DNA from: Candidatus Aenigmatarchaeota archaeon
Lineage (GTDB): Archaea; Aenigmatarchaeota; Aenigmatarchaeia; CG10238-14; SCSR01
NCBI GenBank assembly: GCA_038998335.1
Contig: JAVZHQ010000001.1
Coordinates: forward strand, 219,281 to 283,280
Length of the DNA: 64,000 bases
Direction: 5' to 3'
This document shows positions 1 through 8,865 of the stretch, piece by piece. The notes below the pieces were generated by a model. It made no database searches. It had not been told where the DNA came from and saw only the letters and a program-made list of their open reading frames with translations. The stretch's first letter is position 1, and every line of letters starts with the position of its first letter. The translations under genes were made by a program, and so were the position numbers.

Positions 1-76
1 CAACTGCTGAAATCTTTCTTGGAGTTTTAATGTTTCTTTTAACTGTACAAATTTTCATAAGATTTTATTGTTTTTG

Positions 77-1216
77 TTAAAACTTATTATTTGGTACAAG
101 ACTTTTCAGTCTTTTTAAAGCCTCTACTTTTTCTTTTTTCTCTATTTCAGCTTGCTTTAGAATTTCATCTAAAAATCTTATTGATTCGTCCATAGCTTTT
201 CTTTCTATTGGCTTAGGAACACCATCCTTGCCACCGTAAGCATAAGAATATTTTACTGGGTCTTTCCAGCTTGGCTCTGAGCCATAAATTATTTCAGAAA
301 CTAAAGCTAAACCTCTTACAGTAGAAGGGCCTATACCTTTTATCCCTAAGAGCTCTTCGTAATTTTTTGGTTGAAACTCATAAGCTTCTTTCAAAGCGTC
401 CCAGTTAACATTTCTCGGCATTTTTAAAACATGAACAAAAAACTCTTTTCTTTTAAAAGGTAGAAATTGAGTTAAACTTTTTTGATAAATTGGCTTTATT
501 GATAAGAAGTCATTTCTAATTTTTTGTGGTCCTTCTTTTACTAAATCGACTGAAATTTTTCTTGCTTCTTCGCTTTGCTTAGCTGTCATATCTAAAACAT
601 TTTCTTTTTTTATATCGCAGCAAATTGCAGAATGAGGCTCTTCAACGAAACTTTTAACGTTTTCAGAAATCCAATGGTACCTGCGAGCAGTTTTATCTTG
701 AATATTCATTCCCTGTTGAACAACAACCCAAGATTTTTCTGTAAAGAAAAATGTGTGATGGTATAAAGGATACTCGCATTGGATAGCAGTATTATCTACT
801 TTTGCGCTCATTCTGCTTGCATACTTTAATTCTTCCATCTTTTTTGAAGATAAAGAAAGAGTTTCGCTGATTTTTTCAATTTCTTTTGGAGTTTTTCTTG
901 AAAACTTCCCTTTTCCGCCTGCAATTCCTAAGCCAAATTTTTCTGGTCGAATAACAGATTTAAGAATAGCACATACTGTTGTGGTAACTCCTGAAGAATG
1001 CCAATCATGTCCTATAACACAACCAAAAGCTTGGAACCAAAAGGGATTTGAAACTCTTCTTAGTAATTCTTCTTTTCCATATTCTTCTATAACTAAAGTA
1101 GCAATTTGTTTTCCTAACTTTTTCATTCTTACTAAAAGCCAGAAAGGTACATGCCCGTAATGTAAAGGAAGTTCTGCAATCCCAGTTTTTTTCATGAGTC
1201 TCACTTGGCTTATCAA
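77..1216 (-). CDS. conserved hypothetical protein with helix-hairpin-helix-like motif (possibly DUF763-like)
   Basis: 379 aa ORF; 'LGIKGIGPSTVRGLALV' resembles an HhH DNA-binding motif; family assignment is from memory only. Confidence 0.35.
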   Translation of the reverse strand: MISQVRLMKKTGIAELPLHYGHVPFWLLVRMKKLGKQIATLVIEEYGKEELLRRVSNPFWFQAFGCVIGHDWHSSGVTTTVCAILKSVIRPEKFGLGIAGGKGKFSRKTPKEIEKISETLSLSSKKMEELKYASRMSAKVDNTAIQCEYPLYHHTFFFTEKSWVVVQQGMNIQDKTARRYHWISENVKSFVEEPHSAICCDIKKENVLDMTAKQSEEARKISVDLVKEGPQKIRNDFLSIKPIYQKSLTQFLPFKRKEFFVHVLKMPRNVNWDALKEAYEFQPKNYEELLGIKGIGPSTVRGLALVSEIIYGSEPSWKDPVKYSYAYGGKDGVPKPIERKAMDESIRFLDEILKQAEIEKKEKVEALKRLKSLVPNNKF

Positions 1217-1318
1217 AATTTATTTTAAAATAAAGTTAATTAGATTTTTGGGAGTAAATTTCCGCTGATTCCGATTCATTAAAAATAAAAGTTATTAGGT
1301 TAATTAAATTTTATAGCT

Positions 1319-1393
1319 GGACAGGTGGCGCAGCCTGGTTAGCGCAATCGGCTGATAACCGATAGGTCGAGGGTTCAAATCCCTCCCTGTCCA
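1319..1393 (+). tRNA. tRNA-Ile (anticodon GAU)
   Basis: Cloverleaf traced by hand: acceptor ggacagg/cctgtcc, anticodon stem atcgg/ccgat, loop ctGATaa, T-arm gaggg-ttcaaat-ccctc; CCA not encoded. Confidence 0.85.
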
Positions 1394-1687
1394 TTTTGCT
1401 ATGTTATTCCAGTAAATTAAAATAAAAGGAAACATTTTTTAAAATTATTTTTTTGTATTTTTACAACTTTTTAGGTAGAAATTAATAGATATAGAGAGAT
1501 TTCTACGCTACTTCAAAATAACATCCAGCACACAAACAAGCGACTGTTCCTCTACAGGAACAACCTACCGAAACTCCTCTTGTAGTCCAAGCTTTAATCC
1601 AAACACCCGCTCTCCGTGACTAGCATCTTATAGAGTGTGTTATTAATAGGTAAGTTTTTAAATCTTTTTTGTTTTCTATCTTAAATT

Positions 1688-1927
1688 ATGATTAATTATA
1701 GAGAAAAAATCATCGAAATTTTAAAAAAATCAAATGGTTTAACTTTTTCAAGTATAGAGGTTGAATTACTCAGAAGCTTGAGTGAAAGTGAGAAAAGAGA
1801 GTACAGATTTGATAAGTTTTTTGTTGCTATTTATGATTTAGAAAATGATGGTATAATATTTAGGGGAAAAGGAGGAGAATTTGAGAAAGGAAAGTTTTAC
1901 TTAAAGCTTAAAAATAGCAATTCCTAA
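1688..1927 (+). CDS. hypothetical small protein
   Basis: 79 aa ORF directly upstream of tmk, no recognisable motif. Confidence 0.3.
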   Translation: MINYREKIIEILKKSNGLTFSSIEVELLRSLSESEKREYRFDKFFVAIYDLENDGIIFRGKGGEFEKGKFYLKLKNSNS

Positions 1928-1934
1928 CTTTTTT

Positions 1935-2555
1935 TTGATGAAAGGATTATTTATAGTGTTCGAAGGAATTACCGGCTCTGGTAAAAAAACCCACATAAAA
2001 CTTTTAGTAGAAAAACTGAAAGAAAAGGGGAAAGAAGTTACTGTAATTTCTTTTCCTAATTATGAAAGTGAAATAGCAAGATTTACAAAAAGAGCTGATT
2101 TAGACGCTTACACTCAATCTTTACTTTTTGCTGCTGATAGAAGTCTTTACCAGGAAAGGATTAAAGCTTTACTTGAAAAAGGAAACGTAATTCTTTGCGA
2201 TAGATATTGTTACAGTAACTTTGCCTATCAAGCTGCTAAAGGCTTACCTTTAGGATGGCTTAAAGAAATAGAAAAACATACCATTAAGCCTGATATTGTT
2301 TTTTTGATTGATGTGCCAGTTGAAATTAGCATGAACAGAGTTAAACAGTTAAGCATTGAAGATTTCACTAAAAAGGAAATACTTGAAAGGTTGGAAAGGG
2401 AAAAAGACTTTCTGGAAAAAATAAGGGAAATTTACTTGAGTTTAGCTGTAACTGATAAAGAAACTAAATGGTTTGTTATTAATGGTTCAGAAGATATTTC
2501 TGTTAATCATGAAAAAATTTGGAAAAAGGTAAAAGAAGAACTTAAAATTGAGTAG
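1935..2555 (+). CDS. tmk: thymidylate kinase
   Basis: N-terminal P-loop 'FIVFEGITGSGKKT' and overall length (206 aa) typical of dTMP kinase. Confidence 0.8.
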   Translation: MMKGLFIVFEGITGSGKKTHIKLLVEKLKEKGKEVTVISFPNYESEIARFTKRADLDAYTQSLLFAADRSLYQERIKALLEKGNVILCDRYCYSNFAYQAAKGLPLGWLKEIEKHTIKPDIVFLIDVPVEISMNRVKQLSIEDFTKKEILERLEREKDFLEKIREIYLSLAVTDKETKWFVINGSEDISVNHEKIWKKVKEELKIE

Positions 2556-2569
2556 AGTTTTTTTCAACT

Positions 2570-2587
2570 TTGTTAGACGTCTAACAA
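2570..2587. repeat. perfect 18-bp palindrome ttgttagacgtctaacaa (copy 1 of 2)
   Basis: Self-complementary; core tgttagacgtctaaca repeated at 3293-3308; T-rich 5' flank and A-rich 3' flank. Confidence 0.6.
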
Positions 2588-2624
2588 AAAATAAAATTTA
2601 AAAATAGAAAATTAATTTACAATT

Positions 2625-3233
2625 ATGAAGCTTTTGACCTCGCCGGTCGAGGCTTTAAAGGAAGCAAAAACAAAAAAAAGTTTTGGTAAAACCATAGGAA
2701 TATTAGTAATTTCAGCAATACTTTTTGGTTTATCTGTAGCAATATTTCCTCTAGGATTTTCAACAACTCCTGTTAGGGCAGTACCAACCTTTTCTACAAT
2801 GACCTTTGCTGTAATTTTTGTAGGTACGTTAATACTTGGTTTATTCTACGGCTATCTAGCAAAGTTAGTAATGAACATTCTTGGAGGTAAAGGGAAGTAC
2901 TTCGAAGGTCTAACGACAATAACCTACTCCATATTCCCCTTTTCTGTAGGTTTATTTATAGTAGCACTACTAAATTACGCGTTACTTCAAGTGCAGCAAA
3001 TAGCCCAATATTATTTGGTAACAATCTTTATCCAAGGGTTTATTCTATCGGTATTTACAGCACTCGGGTTAGCAGTATTTTACAAAGGACTTAACGAACT
3101 TTTCCAAGTGGATATGATAGCTGCATTGGTTGGTGCAGGAATACTTTTCTCAACACTTTGGATTGCATTTTATGGACTAATCTTTAGTTTGATGGGAGCT
3201 TTTATCCCGCTAGTTCCATCGATTAGACCATAA
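2625..3233 (+). CDS. multi-pass membrane protein (Yip1-like, tentative)
   Basis: 202 aa, several hydrophobic segments; flanked on both sides by the palindrome. Confidence 0.35.
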   Translation: MKLLTSPVEALKEAKTKKSFGKTIGILVISAILFGLSVAIFPLGFSTTPVRAVPTFSTMTFAVIFVGTLILGLFYGYLAKLVMNILGGKGKYFEGLTTITYSIFPFSVGLFIVALLNYALLQVQQIAQYYLVTIFIQGFILSVFTALGLAVFYKGLNELFQVDMIAALVGAGILFSTLWIAFYGLIFSLMGAFIPLVPSIRP

Positions 3234-3291
3234 AATCGTAAGCTAATTTTTCCTTTTTCTTTTTTTCAAAAATTTTTAAAGAGTTTTTTTA

Positions 3292-3309
3292 ATGTTAGAC
3301 GTCTAACAT
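3292..3309. repeat. perfect 18-bp palindrome atgttagacgtctaacat (copy 2 of 2)
   Basis: Same 16-bp core as 2571-2586; again T-run before and A-run after. Confidence 0.6.
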
Positions 3310-3333
3310 GGAAAAAAATTTAAGAATTAAAAC

Positions 3334-3341
3334 TTTTAAAA
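3334..3341 (+). promoter_or_regulatory. TATA-box-like element upstream of tRNA-Glu
   Basis: 'ttttaaaa' about 20-25 nt upstream of the mature tRNA 5' end, consistent with archaeal TATA placement. Confidence 0.3.
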
Positions 3342-3359
3342 GAAATTTATTTTAAGGAT

Positions 3360-3434
3360 GCCCCCTTCGTCTAGTCCGGCTAAGGATACGAGCCTTTCGA
3401 GCTCGGGACACGGGTTCAAATCCCGTAGGGGGCA
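3360..3434 (+). tRNA. tRNA-Glu (anticodon UUC)
   Basis: Acceptor gccccct/agggggc, anticodon stem cgagc/gctcg, loop ctTTCga, T-loop ttcaaat. Confidence 0.85.
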
Positions 3435-3497
3435 TGTCCTTTTCAATTTTATCGAATTGTTAAAAAGATTAAAAAAGAAAAATAAAATTTATTATAG

Positions 3498-3830
3498 GTG
3501 AGAGAAATGGGTGCACCAACTTTGTATGTAGTAGATGTGATAAAAAACATTTTATCTTATATTAGCAAGTTAATTCCAAAATCTAAAGTAAGAGTTAACG
3601 AGCTTGGAAGAGGCGAAATATTTTACAAACCAATTATTGGAGAGGAGAGAAAACTTGTAGAAGTTTACGGGACTTCAGAAAGAAGAGGAGAAAGTGTCGG
3701 GAATCATCGAATAGTAGTTGATTTTAAAGATCCATCTTTGAAAGAAGATCCAAAACTTATGGAGTTTCTCTATAAGCAAAAAAAGGAGATTTCTGAGCAG
3801 AAAGAGCCTATAGAACTTGTAATAAAATAG
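3498..3830 (+). CDS. hypothetical protein
   Basis: 110 aa ORF, no recognisable motif. Confidence 0.3.
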   Translation: MREMGAPTLYVVDVIKNILSYISKLIPKSKVRVNELGRGEIFYKPIIGEERKLVEVYGTSERRGESVGNHRIVVDFKDPSLKEDPKLMEFLYKQKKEISEQKEPIELVIK

Positions 3831-3842
3831 TCAAGTTAAAAT

Positions 3843-4361
3843 TTACCATTTTTCATAATGAACTTTCTTTTTTTCAAATTCTTTTTCTGTATGTTCAGGT
3901 TTTTTCTCCGCAGGATAACCTATAGGCATTAAACCAAGAATTCTTACGCTTTTTGGTGCTTTTATAACTTCTCTAACATATTCTTCACTATCTCTCAAAA
4001 AAACAGTTTTCCCTCCCATAATTTGGCAGAAACAAGTACCCAAGCCTTGGTTTGTGGCTTCAAGATAAATGTTTTCAGCAGCTATAGCACAATCTTCAAC
4101 CCAAAATTTTGAAAGAATTCCAGACTTAGCAGCGATGACTAAAACAACTGGAGCATCCTTAACAAAATAGCAAAAAGGTGTAGCTTTTGATAATTTTTCT
4201 TTCGTTTCTTTATCCTTAACGACAATAAATTCCCAAGGTCTTCTGTGCATGGCAGACGGAGCATACATAGCAGCCTTTAAAATTTCTTCCAGCTTTTCTT
4301 TTTCAACTTCTTTTTTCTGGAACTTTCTTATGCTTCTTCTTTTTTTGATAACTTCTAGCAT
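3843..4361 (-). CDS. nitroreductase family protein
   Basis: N-terminal 'RRSIRKF' motif and ~170 aa length typical of the NADH/FMN nitroreductase fold. Confidence 0.7.
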   Translation of the reverse strand: MLEVIKKRRSIRKFQKKEVEKEKLEEILKAAMYAPSAMHRRPWEFIVVKDKETKEKLSKATPFCYFVKDAPVVLVIAAKSGILSKFWVEDCAIAAENIYLEATNQGLGTCFCQIMGGKTVFLRDSEEYVREVIKAPKSVRILGLMPIGYPAEKKPEHTEKEFEKKKVHYEKW

Positions 4362-4507
4362 AAAATTAAATTACCCCTCAAAATTTAATACTTACAATTT
4401 TTTAATTTCAGTCTTTTTCTGGTAATATTGCGTCCTAATTTTATAAGAAATATCAGGAGTTTAACATCAAATTTTTAAGCTTCAATTTTTTAAGAATTAT
4501 TGAGATT

Positions 4508-4888
4508 ATGCCTTTTGTTTACGTTCCTCTTAAAACTTTTCCACGAAGCTTAGAAGAAGCAAAAAAGGAATTAGAAAAGCTCTACGAATGTTTCAAGAAT
4601 TTCATGAGTAAAGACTTTGATTTTATTTCCTGGTTTGAAAACGATTTTGAAAAAGACATCAAAAGCTTAGAGAGTATAAGTGAAAAAATTTCTACCCTTA
4701 CTAAAGAGGGAAAAATTCTCGGAAGACTTGAATACGTAAGAAGAGAGGCCAGAAAACTTCAAGAAGAAAGAGCCAGACTAATCCTAGGCAACTATTATTC
4801 TATTTACTATTCGAGGGCTAAGGAAGTTTTTACTGCTTTTTACAATCTTTTAGATTACTTAAAAGATTTGTTTCAACTTAAAACTTGA
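4508..4888 (+). CDS. hypothetical protein
   Basis: 126 aa ORF, predicted helical, no motif. Confidence 0.3.
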   Translation: MPFVYVPLKTFPRSLEEAKKELEKLYECFKNFMSKDFDFISWFENDFEKDIKSLESISEKISTLTKEGKILGRLEYVRREARKLQEERARLILGNYYSIYYSRAKEVFTAFYNLLDYLKDLFQLKT

Positions 4889-4967
4889 ATTATATCTTTT
4901 GATTCAAAAAATTTTAAATACTTGTTCTTGAATTATTTTTAAATATCGAAGGAGGAAAATCGCTTAG

Positions 4968-5123
4968 ATGACTGAAGTTATAAAAAGTTATTTTAGGGAA
5001 ATGAGCGATTCTCTGATAGAAATCGACTATTCCTGGAATGAAATTTACAGAAAGACTAATCCCTACTCTTACGACGCGCTAGCTTTTTCCCTCGAAAATT
5101 TGGATAAGATGTTTCAGCAATAA
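4968..5123 (+). CDS. candidate small protein (51 aa)
   Basis: ATG preceded by Shine-Dalgarno-like 'ggagga' at 8-nt spacing; below the ORF-track size cut-off; 3' end overlaps the convergent ORF 5114-5581. Confidence 0.2.
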   Translation: MTEVIKSYFREMSDSLIEIDYSWNEIYRKTNPYSYDALAFSLENLDKMFQQ

Positions 5124-5581
5124 TGCTTGCTAACTTGCTCAGGAGCTATCTCACAAGCCACAGAAAGAACTTGAAAACTCTTATCTATAGTAAACTCTTT
5201 CAAACAGACAGTTAAATTTTCATAGTTGAAACAGAATATTTCAAAAGGCATTATAGCTCCTCTACAATTAAAAACGCTTTCAGTTTTCTTGCACACAAAA
5301 TTGGAAAAATAACATACGCTATAATTTTCGGAAATTTTTTCATAACCTATGGGAAAGCCAGAATCCAAACCAGCGTTAGGAAATGTTTCTGTATATTCTT
5401 TTGCTTTTCTAGACAAGAAAGCTTTAATTTCTTTCTCAATAACACAACCCTTCCTTTCTTCTCTTCGAAGATTTAATAAATGAGGATTAAGAGCTATCAA
5501 CCCAACTACCACAAAAATAGAAATAAGTAGAAGCATAGACTTCAAACTTCCTTTAAAAATTTTATTCACCCTTAAGAGCAA
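5114..5581 (-). CDS. membrane-anchored Cys-containing hypothetical protein
   Basis: N-terminal hydrophobic anchor followed by a domain with multiple Cys. Confidence 0.35.
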   Translation of the reverse strand: MLLRVNKIFKGSLKSMLLLISIFVVVGLIALNPHLLNLRREERKGCVIEKEIKAFLSRKAKEYTETFPNAGLDSGFPIGYEKISENYSVCYFSNFVCKKTESVFNCRGAIMPFEIFCFNYENLTVCLKEFTIDKSFQVLSVACEIAPEQVSKHYC

Positions 5582-5895
5582 TTAACTTGAAAAGATGTTT
5601 TTGCGTTAGTGCAAATAACGTCGCCAAACCCTAAGTAATAATACTTGTAATCGTAGCCAAAACCATAAAGAGTTTTTGTGCAGCACTTAAGCCTTGCATA
5701 ATTTTGTAGCAAAACATCATATTTTTCTTGTAAATCTTTAATCTTTGCTTCACAATCTTGAGTAGAAACTCTTGCAAACTGCCCTGAAAAGCTTATACCA
5801 GTTATAAAACTCAAGAGAAAAATCGAAACAAAGACCGAAGCAAGTAAAACATTATTTCTTTTTCTTTTTATAACTGGAGCAGGTATTTCCATCAC
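5572..5895 (-). CDS. membrane-anchored Cys-containing hypothetical protein
   Basis: N-terminal hydrophobic anchor, Cys pairs ('KCC', 'VIC'); overlaps downstream ORF by 10 nt (operon-like). Confidence 0.35.
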   Translation of the reverse strand: MMEIPAPVIKRKRNNVLLASVFVSIFLLSFITGISFSGQFARVSTQDCEAKIKDLQEKYDVLLQNYARLKCCTKTLYGFGYDYKYYYLGFGDVICTNAKTSFQVNCS

Positions 5896-5924
5896 TTTTT
5901 TGTTGGTTTGTCAATCTTAAATAT

Positions 5925-6407
5925 TTAAGCCAAAGGGCTAAAAGTTGAGATTAAGTCACCAACGTAATGAGTAATCATAACAACTATAATAGTAATCAAC
6001 AAGTGCTCCAAAATTACTGGTAATGGTTTTGTTCTTTGCTGTTTTGCCATATAAAAACTAAAAGATGCTATCAACGACAAACCCCAACAAACACTAACAA
6101 GTATAGCTTCTTGCAACTCAAAAATTAAAACAGGAAGTATAAAAGTAGAGGCAAAAAATAATTTTGACAGAAAAGTTGATAGTGTAGCTAGCCAAATCTC
6201 TTTTGGTTTACGCTTCTTTTCTGATTCTTCTGATATATGCATACCTATAGCATCAGAGAAAGCATCAGCTATAGCAATAGCAAGGATTCCACCGATAACA
6301 GCTATCCTAGAATGGGTGCTTGAGTGTAAGCCTACCATTAAGCCGAGAGTCGTTATTATGCCAGAAGTTAAACCAAAACTAAACCCTCTTCTTACCGATG
6401 TTTCCAT
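5925..6407 (-). CDS. VIT1/CCC1-family (DUF125-like) membrane protein
   Basis: 'GLTSGIITTLGLMVGL...AIADAFSDAIGMHISE' matches the VIT-family transmembrane signature. Confidence 0.5.
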   Translation of the reverse strand: METSVRRGFSFGLTSGIITTLGLMVGLHSSTHSRIAVIGGILAIAIADAFSDAIGMHISEESEKKRKPKEIWLATLSTFLSKLFFASTFILPVLIFELQEAILVSVCWGLSLIASFSFYMAKQQRTKPLPVILEHLLITIIVVMITHYVGDLISTFSPLA

Positions 6408-6461
6408 AGTTTTAATTTAGTAAGGATTAAATTTAAAGTAAACCAATAAATTATTGAGAAA

Positions 6462-6713
6462 ATGTTTATTTTTTCGATATTTGGAAAGATTTTCAAGAAG
6501 AAAGAGTCAGAGAAAGAAGAAGAGAGCAAAGAAAGTAAAGAGGCTGAAGAAGAATTTCAAAAAATTGAACCTAAGGATACTTCTTTAAGAAATGTTCCAA
6601 TAGAAAAAGAAGAAAAGGAAATGTTAAAATCCGAGCTTAAACCTGGACCTTTAACGGAAAAATTCTTTGACCTTGCTCCAGTGAGAGAAAAAAAGAAAGA
6701 AGAAAAAGAGTAA
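6462..6713 (+). CDS. hypothetical highly charged protein
   Basis: 83 aa, Glu/Lys-rich low-complexity. Confidence 0.25.
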   Translation: MFIFSIFGKIFKKKESEKEEESKESKEAEEEFQKIEPKDTSLRNVPIEKEEKEMLKSELKPGPLTEKFFDLAPVREKKKEEKE

Positions 6714-6744
6714 TCAAAAATTACATAAAAAACTAAATTATATT

Positions 6745-7725
6745 ATGGCCAAATGGTTAATTTTACTCGTTCTTATCCTAATTCTTTCTTATCTTTTTCT
6801 AGAACTTCTTAAAAGTTTTCAAGGTTTTGAATGGTTTTGTATAAACTGTGAAAACATTTCTGAAGCTGTTTTTGAGAATTTTACCTTTTCTAACCTAAGC
6901 AGTATAGAAACTTCTGCTTTTGCGCCTCTACTTTATGAGAATATAAGATGGAATCATATGCCTTTGAAAGTTTACTTGAACGTTAGTAGTGGTTTAAGCT
7001 TGCCCCAGTTTAGTGTTTCAAACATCGAAAACGTAAGAGAGGCTATGCAAAGATGGGAAAACGCAACTAACAAATTGATTACTTTTGTTGAAGTGACAAA
7101 GGCTGAAGAAAGTGATATTATAGTAAACTGGGTTAAAACTTTTGAAGCTGGAGGGAAAAAAATTTTAGGTGAAGGCGGGCCTGTTGTTAGGGATACAGGC
7201 TTGTTTAATTTAACAATAAGGGGTGAAATCTATCTTTTAGTTCAAAGAATTAAGTGCTTGGATATAACAACAGCCACTCATGAGCTTGGTCATGTTTTAG
7301 GTTTTGACCACTCAAAAAACTTTCAGGATATAATGTACCCTACTGCTGACTGCTCTCAAAGAATAAGTGAAGCAGAGGTTAAAACCCTTTTTGAGCTTTA
7401 TAAAGTTCCGCCCAAGCCAGAGTTATACTTTCTAAACGCTTCAGTTAAAAAACCAGGAAAGTATTTAAACTTAGAGTTTGCAGTTAAGAATTCTGGTTTA
7501 ATAACCTCTTTAAAAACTTCTGTAGACTTAGTTCTTGACAATAAAACAGTAAGGAGTTTTGATTTGCCAAAACTTGAGCCAGGAGAGACTATCGTAATAA
7601 GAATTAGTAACATAATGATTCCAAGCTTTAAGGTTTTACAGCTTTTTGTTGACTCAAAGAATAGTAATGACGAAATTTATGAGGATAATAATTTCGTAAC
7701 TTTGGTGAGACTTGAACAAGCTTAA
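6745..7725 (+). CDS. secreted zinc metalloprotease (matrixin/metzincin-like)
   Basis: N-terminal hydrophobic signal/anchor; 'HELGHVLGFDH' = HExxHxxGxxH zinc-binding motif. Confidence 0.6.
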   Translation: MAKWLILLVLILILSYLFLELLKSFQGFEWFCINCENISEAVFENFTFSNLSSIETSAFAPLLYENIRWNHMPLKVYLNVSSGLSLPQFSVSNIENVREAMQRWENATNKLITFVEVTKAEESDIIVNWVKTFEAGGKKILGEGGPVVRDTGLFNLTIRGEIYLLVQRIKCLDITTATHELGHVLGFDHSKNFQDIMYPTADCSQRISEAEVKTLFELYKVPPKPELYFLNASVKKPGKYLNLEFAVKNSGLITSLKTSVDLVLDNKTVRSFDLPKLEPGETIVIRISNIMIPSFKVLQLFVDSKNSNDEIYEDNNFVTLVRLEQA

Positions 7726-7972
7726 ATCTTTTTCTACTACTTCTTTAAGTATGGGAGAAGATTTAAAATACCAAATACTTTCTAAACTTGCTTCCTCAAA
7801 AAATGGTCTTTATCTTTCCCAGTTTTACGATAAAAATTATGATTTCCTAGACTTCTTCAAAGTGCTCATGAGTTTATACAACGAAAAACTTGTAGAAAGA
7901 AATAAAGTTACGAGAAAATATGAAATAACTTCAAAAGGCTTGGAAGAATTTAAAAAGATAAAGCAAGCTTAA
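7712..7972 (+). CDS. small winged-helix DNA-binding protein (tentative)
   Basis: 86 aa; true start probably at the internal 'MGEDLKYQIL'. Confidence 0.3.
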   Translation: MNKLKSFSTTSLSMGEDLKYQILSKLASSKNGLYLSQFYDKNYDFLDFFKVLMSLYNEKLVERNKVTRKYEITSKGLEEFKKIKQA

Positions 7973-7998
7973 ATTTTTTAACTACGATTCAATAATAA

Positions 7999-8865
7999 AT
8001 GAAGGAAAGGAGCTTCCTCACAGAATCTAGCAAATTTGAAGAAGCAGACATAGTGATATTTGGAGTTCCCTTAGGGAAAGATGCTAAAAAAATTTTAACC
8101 TTTTTAAGAGAAACTAGCTGGTTTGTTGAATTTTTTGACGTAGATAAAAAAAGAAATTTGATAGAAAAAGTTAAATTTTATGATGCTGGCGACGTTCAAC
8201 TAACAAGCGAGAATGATATTGTAGTTAAAACAAAAGAAATACTTGAAAGTAAAAAAATCCCTTTGATTCTTGGAAAATCCCATTTGTTAACTTTGTTTGC
8301 TCTAAGAGCTTTTGATAACGTGAAAGTTGTAAGTTTTGACGCTCATGCAGACATTAAAAATGAATACTATGACGAAAAAATTTCTCAGTCAACAGAACCT
8401 TTAAGAATAAAAGAGCAAGCGAGATACAATTGCACAACTTGGCTAAGAAGAGCTTTTGAGGAAGGTAAGAAAGATATAGCTATTGTAGGTTTAAGGTCTT
8501 GTGATGAAGATGATTTCTCTTTTATAGAAAAAAATAAAATTTTAGCTTTCTCGCCAAATAAAATAAAAAAAGACTTTTACGAGAAAAAAAGGATAAAAGA
8601 AAATCTTAAAAAATTTGTTAGGGATTCGAAAGTTTATTTAAGCATAGATATAGATGTTTTCGACCCAAGCATTGCCCCTGCTGTTGAGCATCCTGAACCA
8701 AATGGTTTACTACTCCCTGAGTTTTTGGAACTATTAGAAATTTTTAAAGGAAAAATTGTAGGTTTTGACTTGGTTGAAATAGCTTTTTGCGAGAAAAAAC
8801 TTATGGAAATAACAGAATTCTTAGCTACTAGAGTTATTCTTGAAGTTCTGTCCAGAATTAAGTAA
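7999..8865 (+). CDS. agmatinase/arginase-family ureohydrolase
   Basis: 'SFDAHADI' and 'SIDIDVFDP' match the Mn-binding DAHxD / SxDxDxxDP ureohydrolase motifs. Confidence 0.7.
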   Translation: MKERSFLTESSKFEEADIVIFGVPLGKDAKKILTFLRETSWFVEFFDVDKKRNLIEKVKFYDAGDVQLTSENDIVVKTKEILESKKIPLILGKSHLLTLFALRAFDNVKVVSFDAHADIKNEYYDEKISQSTEPLRIKEQARYNCTTWLRRAFEEGKKDIAIVGLRSCDEDDFSFIEKNKILAFSPNKIKKDFYEKKRIKENLKKFVRDSKVYLSIDIDVFDPSIAPAVEHPEPNGLLLPEFLELLEIFKGKIVGFDLVEIAFCEKKLMEITEFLATRVILEVLSRIK

